Source: a virus (taxonomy: Duplodnaviria > Caudoviricetes). From it: DNA of 30,634 bases. The notes beneath the pieces are model-generated. The model did no database searches. It was not told the DNA's origin and saw only the letters and a list, made by a program, of their open reading frames with translations. A program made the position numbers and the translations under genes. The stretch covers positions 1-30,634 of IMG/VR virus record IMGVR_UViG_3300042315_000849. The stretch is one strand, 5' to 3'. This document shows, piece by piece, positions 24,990-30,634 of this stretch. Position 1 is the stretch's first letter. Every line of letters begins with the position of its first letter.

Positions 24990-25311
24990 CCCATTTATAT
25001 ATAGTCTTATATTCCGGCCAAACAGATTGAAGGAGGGAGGTTCCCCCTTTGTATAGGGAAAACCTCCAGTCTTAATACTCCGTATAAAACGAGTCTCAGT
25101 CGGGTTAACAAGCTTCAAAAAATCAAAAATTAATATGCCCCCTCGGTTGTCCTATAAGGGCTGGCTTGAGCGGTCCTGGCGAATGCCAAACAACGGTCAC
25201 ACATAAAGTGCACTTCGAGAAATGTTTTTAATTTATTATTCGCTGATTCCTGTTTATCTATCTCCCAACGGAGACCCGCGCAAATGCGCTCTGGCTAGTT
25301 CTAACAGCGAC
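24990..25311 (-). ncRNA. Candidate structured non-coding RNA (unassigned family) or origin-associated transcript
   Basis: ORF-free, visibly GC-richer than the flanks, own upstream promoter, several hairpins including a 13-bp stem (25036-25067) that needs two G-U pairs available only on the minus strand; ends approximate. Confidence 0.55.
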
Positions 25312-25343
25312 TTTTGTAATATCGTTTATTTATTACAAAAGTC
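25309..25343. repeat. Perfect 13-bp inverted repeat
   Basis: GACTTTTGTAATA-N9-TATTACAAAAGTC. Confidence 0.92.
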
Positions 25344-25345
25344 AA
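25318..25345 (-). promoter_or_regulatory. sigma70-type promoter firing into the non-coding region
   Basis: TTGACT-N16-GATATT with no ORF directly downstream. Confidence 0.55.
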
Positions 25346-25354
25346 CTTATTTAG

Positions 25355-25362
25355 AATAAATA
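25355..25362 (+). promoter_or_regulatory. Late (gp55-type) promoter
   Basis: AATAAATA exactly 5 nt before ATG 25368. Confidence 0.55.
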
Positions 25363-25367
25363 TCTGA

Positions 25368-25916
25368 ATGGAATTTTCCAAATTAGTAGAAACAACACTA
25401 ACGGAACAAGCTGTTTTGCAAAAGCAATCAATGATCGACAAAGTTCAAGCAGCATTGGATGTTATAGGTTTCGAACCAACGATTGGCACAGCAGCTGACG
25501 CAATTAACACGCTTATTTCAACTTTACGAGCCGCTTTCTCAAAAGAAACAGACGAAAGAAAAAAGCACATAATAAACGCAGGCATTTCAGCCATCTCTCT
25601 AATACCTTTTGCTGATTTGATTAAACTTATTAAGTTAAAACATTATAAAAAAACAGCAATAAAAGGAGCCCGAGTTGTCAAAAATTATGGAAAACAACAA
25701 CAAACAAATAGATTTAATGTTTCTGAAAGTAGCGTTTCAGGTGGAGCTGAATCAGTTTTTGGAGGAGGGGTAGTCTCAACAGCAGCTGTATATAGTGGAG
25801 ATAACTACGCTCCAGGAGATGCAAGAATTCCCAATTCCATTTACGGAGGAGTAATAACAAGACCAGGAATGAAATCTAAGAGAAAAAGAAGAAAAAAGAA
25901 AAGGAACAAATCATAA
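25368..25916 (+). CDS. Hypothetical (probably virion) protein with pre-toxin-TG-like helical segment and highly basic tail
   Basis: ALDVIGFEPTIGTAADAIN...NAGISAISLIPFAD; Gly/Ser linker; KSKRKRRKKKRNKS end. Confidence 0.7.
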   Translation: MEFSKLVETTLTEQAVLQKQSMIDKVQAALDVIGFEPTIGTAADAINTLISTLRAAFSKETDERKKHIINAGISAISLIPFADLIKLIKLKHYKKTAIKGARVVKNYGKQQQTNRFNVSESSVSGGAESVFGGGVVSTAAVYSGDNYAPGDARIPNSIYGGVITRPGMKSKRKRRKKKRNKS

Positions 25917-25919
25917 TTT

Positions 25920-26351
25920 ATGGATTTAGGTCACTGGCAAATAAAAGACAAAACCAACATTTTTCCTGAGAATCCTTTTGGTTTTATTTACATTATTCAG
26001 AATACCATTAATGGTAGACAATATATTGGAAAAAAACAATGCGTATCAAAAACAAAACGGAATCCATTAAAAGGTAAAAAACGCAAAAGAATACAAATAA
26101 AAGAATCAGACTGGAAAACCTATACCGGTTCTTCGAAAGAGCTAAACGAAGATATTATAAAATATGGAAAAGAAAACTTTACTTTTTTTATTTTAGAATG
26201 GTGTGGATCTAAATGGGAATTGGGGTATAAAGAAATAAAAAAACAAATCGAATTCGATGTTATACTCAACGAACAATTTTACAACGGAATCTTAAATGTA
26301 AGAATTGGTCGCCCACCCAAAGCTTTTAAAAATGACAAAAACATTTCCTAA
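25920..26351 (+). CDS. Stand-alone GIY-YIG nuclease-domain protein
   Basis: GFIYIIQNTINGRQYIGKK, ESDWKTYTGSS, G.ENF...ILE, FYN. Confidence 0.85.
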   Translation: MDLGHWQIKDKTNIFPENPFGFIYIIQNTINGRQYIGKKQCVSKTKRNPLKGKKRKRIQIKESDWKTYTGSSKELNEDIIKYGKENFTFFILEWCGSKWELGYKEIKKQIEFDVILNEQFYNGILNVRIGRPPKAFKNDKNIS

Positions 26352-26754
26352 ATCCAGAGTTTGTGTATTAGATGCATATCCGTCTTTAGAAGACGGAATT
26401 AAAACTGCATTAAAATTTGCCAACAAATTCAACATTTCAATAAATTCGAATGACGGAAAGAAACTTATCGCTTGTTATTGTATTCGAGCTATAGAAAATC
26501 AATATAAAACAACTTCGAGTCCTTATCCTAAAGTAGTGTGCTTTGGGACAAAGCCAAGAAATAAAAACGTAGAGTCTTTTATTAAATATCAATTTAATAA
26601 AATTATGGATCAACTTCCTTTTCCATATTGCGGAGCACTGGATATGAATTCCCCAGATTTAGAAGCTGCAGCTCAAAGCAGCTTAAAACAAATCAAACCT
26701 CAGCAACAATATAAAAAGTTTTTAATGCGGCTAAACTTGAGAAACGTCAATTAA
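26332..26754 (+). CDS. Hypothetical protein
   Basis: Open frame; likely ATG at 26332 (MTKTFPK); converges on and overlaps the next gene. Confidence 0.65.
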   Translation: MTKTFPKSRVCVLDAYPSLEDGIKTALKFANKFNISINSNDGKKLIACYCIRAIENQYKTTSSPYPKVVCFGTKPRNKNVESFIKYQFNKIMDQLPFPYCGALDMNSPDLEAAAQSSLKQIKPQQQYKKFLMRLNLRNVN

Positions 26755-27375
26755 AGAACCGTCTTGTTCTTGAAACCCATTCCCGTTAGGTTTGATATAC
26801 AAACGTATTTGAGGCAATCTCATGTCTGGGGGTCCATCTAATCTAATGACAGCAGGACAATCTTCCGAAGGAAAAAACGCTCCTGTGTTTTTTTCATAAG
26901 AAACCACTAAAGAGTCGATTATATTGTCAATTTCTTCTCTAAAAATCTCGTCTGTTTCTCTGCCTTCTCTAGATATTATTGGTATTTCTTTACGCGCCGG
27001 TATGTAAAACAGAATATCAAAGTGTTTGAGGGCAAATGCAGCGATAGTCTTTGAATCAATTACAAATTCCGTACTAAACCCAGCCGTATCTTTTGCGTAA
27101 TGCCACAGTGTATAAGCAATGTTATCTACAACACACCGATCGAATATAACGTGAGTGTCATTCGATGTTGCTGCAAATTGAGCTTCATCTACTAAAGCGT
27201 TTAGTATTTCCTTTTGAGATTCCTTTGTTCCTTGTTTATTTAAAGGTAAGTTTTTCTCTTTAATAATATCTCTATAGGTCCGAGCTGGCTTTTTGTACAT
27301 TGGCCACTCTTTTAAAAATTCTTCTATTAGTGTAGATTTTCCGGAATTCTGTGGTCCAAATATAGCAATTTTCAT
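26731..27375 (-). CDS. P-loop nucleotide kinase-like protein (AAA_28/dNMP kinase-like)
   Basis: IAIFGPQNSGKSTL Walker A; IFDRCVVDNIAY; R.EID. Confidence 0.78.
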   Translation of the reverse strand: MKIAIFGPQNSGKSTLIEEFLKEWPMYKKPARTYRDIIKEKNLPLNKQGTKESQKEILNALVDEAQFAATSNDTHVIFDRCVVDNIAYTLWHYAKDTAGFSTEFVIDSKTIAAFALKHFDILFYIPARKEIPIISREGRETDEIFREEIDNIIDSLVVSYEKNTGAFFPSEDCPAVIRLDGPPDMRLPQIRLYIKPNGNGFQEQDGSLIDVSQV

Positions 27376-27380
27376 GTTTT

Positions 27381-27408
27381 TAATTAAAACAAATTATTTA
27401 AAAATCAA
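27381..27408 (-). promoter_or_regulatory. Promoter-like element
   Basis: TTGATT-N16-TAATTA, 5 nt before ATG; could be early type or a late-box variant. Confidence 0.4.
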
Positions 27409-28169
27409 ACCTTTAAAGCCATGTCCCAGATTAACAGATGCATTCTTGGACTAAAATTAACATGCATTGATTTGGCATATTCAGCCACAGACTGAGCTTT
27501 TTCAATATGTTCGTTTCTAGAACCACAGCAAGGCATAAACCAAATTCGTTGTAAAGGCACATTAATACATTCATAATCTTCAACGTACTTTCTCCATATT
27601 TCTTCTATGTCTCGATCGGATGAAATTACAAATTTAAATCCTGAGTTATGGTCGACATGCCACCTCAACGTTTCTGGTTTGTATGTTTTTTCCTCTGGGT
27701 CTCCGTTTGTAGTCAGTTTGGGAGAAGTTGTGAATGTTGCACTAAATTTGGTGACCCATTCTTCACTCGGAGTAAGAGTAGCGTTCGTCTCAAAGTCTAT
27801 TCTAGGCACAAAATTATAACGGCCAACAAAACACTCAAGAAACTTGAGCAATTGTTTTTCTTGTATGATTGGTTCTCCTCCGGTAATCTTTAAAATGGCT
27901 CGATTTTTAAGATGCTCAACGTAGTTTTTATCTTCCATGTAATCAAAAATTTCTTTAAAAGTCATTTTGTTTTTTACAGACCACGAAACAAAAGAATCAC
28001 ATCCATTTGGACTATCAGGTGAAGCAAATCCTTTACAGGTAAGGTTGCACATTGATAATCTCATAAACACCGAAGGTTGGCCTATATACTCTCCCTCTCC
28101 TTCCAAAGTGTAAAATACTTTATCGTCTGATAAAAATAAGGTTTCTTTTTCTATGTCAATGTTATTCAT
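27405..28169 (-). CDS. queE: 7-carboxy-7-deazaguanine synthase (radical SAM)
   Basis: FYTLEGEG..IG.PSVF.RL..CNL.C...CDS, ITGGEP, ETNAT, SPKL, FKFVI, PRMH. Confidence 0.9.
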   Translation of the reverse strand: MNNIDIEKETLFLSDDKVFYTLEGEGEYIGQPSVFMRLSMCNLTCKGFASPDSPNGCDSFVSWSVKNKMTFKEIFDYMEDKNYVEHLKNRAILKITGGEPIIQEKQLLKFLECFVGRYNFVPRIDFETNATLTPSEEWVTKFSATFTTSPKLTTNGDPEEKTYKPETLRWHVDHNSGFKFVISSDRDIEEIWRKYVEDYECINVPLQRIWFMPCCGSRNEHIEKAQSVAEYAKSMHVNFSPRMHLLIWDMALKV

Positions 28170-28174
28170 AAATG

Positions 28175-28645
28175 TTATTCTGTGTAGATTGCACTATTGG
28201 CGTTATGTTCCCATACTTCAACCTTAGAAACCCAACAGCGCTTATTTGTAATTTCTTGTATGTGCTGACTAGCTACTTTAAAACACCATTCAGCAACCTT
28301 TTCAATGCCCACTCCATCCATTACTCGGAGATCACAACCTCCTTGTTTGTGCAATTCCTCGAACAAAGGAAGCAAAGGATCAGTCTTATCTATTGTTAGC
28401 GTATGATCAAACTGGTATTGCAATACTAATTTTAAATTTCCGAGTCCTCCAAAATCAACCACCCAATTTTTGTTATCCAATTCGCTACACTCAAACCAAA
28501 ACTTTGCTTGAAGTTTATATCCGTGCACAAAGCTACATCTTTTAGAGTTAATTCCTGCGCAGTTCCTATCAAACGCAGCGTTTGGTTGACGGAAAGCACA
28601 GGAGCCTAATTCGATAATCTTCGTGGAAGTATATTTGCCACCCAT
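28175..28645 (-). CDS. queD: 6-carboxy-5,6,7,8-tetrahydropterin synthase (QueD/PTPS family)
   Basis: CAFRQ...CSFVHGY, WVVDFGGL, FDHT, EVWEH..NSAIY; adjacent to queE. Confidence 0.85.
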   Translation of the reverse strand: MGGKYTSTKIIELGSCAFRQPNAAFDRNCAGINSKRCSFVHGYKLQAKFWFECSELDNKNWVVDFGGLGNLKLVLQYQFDHTLTIDKTDPLLPLFEELHKQGGCDLRVMDGVGIEKVAEWCFKVASQHIQEITNKRCWVSKVEVWEHNANSAIYTE

Positions 28646-28648
28646 ATA

Positions 28649-28924
28649 TTATACCTCTTCGAAAGTCACTGTTTTGATATTATGTTCAAATTCTTTCAAT
28701 ACTTTTTCGGAAATATCATCTTCGTAATTTTCTTCTTTTAAAAATTGTATATTAGTTAACTCAACACCCGGCAAATGGCTTTTAACTTTCGTTGCAACTT
28801 CCAGGAGATTTAACTGAAAATCTTTATCGGTGTTAGCTACGACGTTAACTGAGCATGAAAACAACAATCCGGAGACAATCGTTTCGATTTCTTTTTCTGT
28901 TAGTATTACATTAATGGTTGACAT
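28649..28924 (-). CDS. Hypothetical acidic protein
   Basis: 91-aa ORF leading the queD-queE operon, with a strong promoter upstream. Confidence 0.7.
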   Translation of the reverse strand: MSTINVILTEKEIETIVSGLLFSCSVNVVANTDKDFQLNLLEVATKVKSHLPGVELTNIQFLKEENYEDDISEKVLKEFEHNIKTVTFEEV

Positions 28925-28931
28925 ACAAACA

Positions 28932-28959
28932 ATCTTAACCGCTTTCTTTAATATGTCAA
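28932..28959 (-). promoter_or_regulatory. sigma70-type promoter for the queD/queE operon
   Basis: TTGACA-N16-TAAGAT, 7 nt before ATG. Confidence 0.75.
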
Positions 28960-29546
28960 GCTTTTATTAAGTTTTTAATACTATCCAACGACAAACCTTC
29001 TTGTTGGGCCTCTTCTATAATTTTATACAACCCATTAACATGGTTGTTAATTCTGTCTTGATATTCAAGTATTTTTTTGTAAACAATTATGTCCTTTACT
29101 TGAAGGCTAGATTCACTCAACGCAAACTCCGCATCAATTAAATCAACTTTAGATCCTAAATATTTTTTTAATTTAATTATAGTTTTAGTAAATGGCCCGT
29201 AAGAAGCTTTTTCGTTTTCAGATAACGGCTCTCTTATTTTATTACCTTGTTTGTCAATTATTCCTAACTTAAAGCAAGGAAAGTCTACAAAATCTTTTTT
29301 TAATTGATGAAGCAAAAGTTTTTGTTCAACAAACTCCTGCATTGATTCTTTGAACATTGTGTTGTAGTGTATTCCGTGAATATGCAAATCAGACGTTGGA
29401 TTGATTTTACAACCTCGACCAAAGCTTCCTGAACCGCAATACGCACATTTTTTTCCGTCGTTTAGGTGAAAATGAGTATTTTGTGGACCAAAACGACAAC
29501 CTTTTCCGTAATCGCACGATCCACAATATGTGCACCTACTCTTCAT
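28956..29546 (-). CDS. Hypothetical protein with two Cys/His repeats and a KLGIID..G domain
   Basis: Two CxYCGSxx(Y/F)GxGC...HxH repeats; C-terminal KLGIIDKQG...EK..Y..F...IIKLKK resembles a conserved T4-like phage hypothetical. Confidence 0.75.
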   Translation of the reverse strand: MKSRCTYCGSCDYGKGCRFGPQNTHFHLNDGKKCAYCGSGSFGRGCKINPTSDLHIHGIHYNTMFKESMQEFVEQKLLLHQLKKDFVDFPCFKLGIIDKQGNKIREPLSENEKASYGPFTKTIIKLKKYLGSKVDLIDAEFALSESSLQVKDIIVYKKILEYQDRINNHVNGLYKIIEEAQQEGLSLDSIKNLIKA

Positions 29547-29550
29547 CTAA

Positions 29551-29868
29551 TTAAGGTCGTTTAATTTGAGCTTGATTAGGTAACTTTAAATTCTGCAACA
29601 TCTGTAATAATTGTTGATTAAACTCTTTGTCTTGTCCGTCTTGCATTTTTTGTTGAACAATTTTTAGTAAATCGGCATTATTGTTTTGTTGAGGAGAAGT
29701 GATATTAGGAGTAGGCGTTTTTTGGTAAGCTTGATTGTTTTGGTTTGGTTGCTGCTGTTGTTGTGGATTTTGTGGATTTTGTGGAGCCTGTGCAGCAGAT
29801 GACGGTTGTGTCGTCGTAGCTGTTTCCTTTAAAATGTCATTGTATAAATTGTCAAATATTTTACCCAT
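29551..29868 (-). CDS. Gln/Asn/Pro-rich low-complexity protein, probably late/virion
   Basis: 105 aa; PQNPQNPQQQQQ; TATAAATA upstream. Confidence 0.7.
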   Translation of the reverse strand: MGKIFDNLYNDILKETATTTQPSSAAQAPQNPQNPQQQQQPNQNNQAYQKTPTPNITSPQQNNNADLLKIVQQKMQDGQDKEFNQQLLQMLQNLKLPNQAQIKRP

Positions 29869-29873
29869 GTATG

Positions 29874-29881
29874 TATTTATA
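29874..29881 (-). promoter_or_regulatory. Late (gp55-type) promoter
   Basis: Exact T4 late consensus TATAAATA, 5 nt before ATG 29868. Confidence 0.65.
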
Positions 29882-29904
29882 CATTTTAATTTTTTTTATC
29901 AAAC

Positions 29905-29912
29905 ATTAAATA
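29905..29912 (+). promoter_or_regulatory. Late (gp55-type) promoter
   Basis: ATTAAATA exactly 5 nt before ATG 29918. Confidence 0.5.
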
Positions 29913-29917
29913 ATTAA

Positions 29918-30634
29918 ATGATTAATTTTGAAGACTTAGTCGAAAATTACATGCTTTTAATAGAAGCCCCAACAGTAGATCCTGACGTATTTGCTAATTA
30001 TTGGAGAGACAGTTCCATGTTTAATGATGTCAGAACTCTTTTGGAAAAAAAGTTTAAAATTAGCTCTTCTTGGAAAGATCCAGACCAAGTATTTCCAATT
30101 TTAGCAGATGCCTATGTAAGATCGTCTGCAGAGTCAATTATAGGCCTTGCTCAAGAGGGGCTGTACCCTTTGATGGATTTTACGTGGTATGTTACTGAAA
30201 AAACTCCCGGAACAACTGGGGATAATGCCAGAAAGTTTTTAACAACCACTGCTTCGAGTTCCGGCACGTCTATTACAAACAACAAAGCAACAGCAAATGG
30301 TTTAGGAACTGATTTTGTTACCACTTGTAAAAAGTTAAACAACGAAGATAATCCTGCAGATTCTTTATTTGGATATACTCCTGCTTCTGCTAAAGCAACT
30401 TCATATATAAGAGTCGTACAAAAAAAGATTGCTCAAAGCACAATAGGAGTATTAAATTTAAAGAACTTTGATGATTTAAGTATTAGAAAAGCCTTGTATG
30501 GAATTTTAGAAAACCGACGCAAAGTAAGAGCCACTGTTAATAAAAACAGCAACATTCCAAATGCCATTAACTGGGTTGATGGTATTCTAGAAAATCCACA
30601 AGCTTACTCCGGCCAAATTCAAATTCCATCTCAA
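29918..30634 (+). CDS. Hypothetical protein, 3'-truncated (not in the ORF track)
   Basis: ATG at 29918 begins MINFEDLVENYMLLIEAPT...; frame stays open for 239 codons to the window end. Confidence 0.85.
   Translation, partial: MINFEDLVENYMLLIEAPTVDPDVFANYWRDSSMFNDVRTLLEKKFKISSSWKDPDQVFPILADAYVRSSAESIIGLAQEGLYPLMDFTWYVTEKTPGTTGDNARKFLTTTASSSGTSITNNKATANGLGTDFVTTCKKLNNEDNPADSLFGYTPASAKATSYIRVVQKKIAQSTIGVLNLKNFDDLSIRKALYGILENRRKVRATVNKNSNIPNAINWVDGILENPQAYSGQIQIPSQ

Noticed and set aside
24995-25010. ATATAGTC resembling a group I intron P7 element
   Set aside because: It is on the opposite strand to the supported structure, lacks the other core elements, and no interrupted gene flanks it
24990-25311. 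tRNA, tmRNA, RNase P RNA or CRISPR array in the non-coding region
   Set aside because: No cloverleaf/TTCGA arm with CCA end, no tmRNA or RNase P consensus ends, no regularly spaced repeats
25368-26351. Stop read-through producing a pre-toxin-nuclease fusion (the two ORFs are in frame)
   Set aside because: The same TAA-NNN-ATG junction occurs at four other unrelated gene pairs and TAA is the main stop codon, so no special recoding is implied
25920-26351. Mobile homing endonuclease
   Set aside because: Only the catalytic GIY-YIG domain (143 aa), with no DNA-binding extension and no interrupted host gene; looks like a conserved stand-alone phage protein
625-28399. Numerous short plus-strand or alternate-frame ORFs in the track (e.g. 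625-900, 3893-4141, 5866-6060, 16791-17315, 24242-24562, 27607-27893)
   Set aside because: They lie antisense to or inside well-supported genes, show no motifs and have no upstream signals
29735-30342. ORFs 29735-29917 (+, poly-Cys) and 30151-30342 (-)
   Set aside because: Antisense shadows of the Gln-rich gene and of the real plus-strand ORF starting at 29918
1-30634. Alternative genetic code
   Set aside because: TAA, TAG and TGA all terminate full-length conserved genes and coding density is high under code 11

Overview
AT-rich segment of a large T4-like (gp55-encoding) dsDNA phage genome, read with standard code 11. Most of the window is a minus-strand DNA replication/recombination module: uvsY, uvsW, gp55, gp47, gp46, gp43 polymerase, uvsX, gp41 helicase, a DHH phosphoesterase and gp32. 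gp47 and gp46 are split by a ~9 kb, 11-gene sugar-modification island (glycosyltransferase-like genes, gmd, NDP-sugar C-methyltransferase, two FkbM methyltransferases). A further glycosyltransferase sits directly upstream of the polymerase. Three 7-deazaguanine pathway genes bracket the module (folE2 at left; queE and queD at right); no queC or dpdA is in view. Reading the intergenic DNA shows a regular sigma70-type promoter family (TTGAxx-N16-TAxxxT) very close to start codons with no Shine-Dalgarno, and a late-type TAAATA-N5-ATG signal before three genes sharing an N-terminal F-x2-L-(V/Y)...L-x-E motif. The most striking unexplained element is a ~320-nt GC-richer ORF-free region upstream of uvsY. 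It has its own promoter and minus-strand hairpins with G-U pairs, making it a candidate novel ncRNA or origin RNA. All protein calls rest on motif recognition by eye; no database searches were run.
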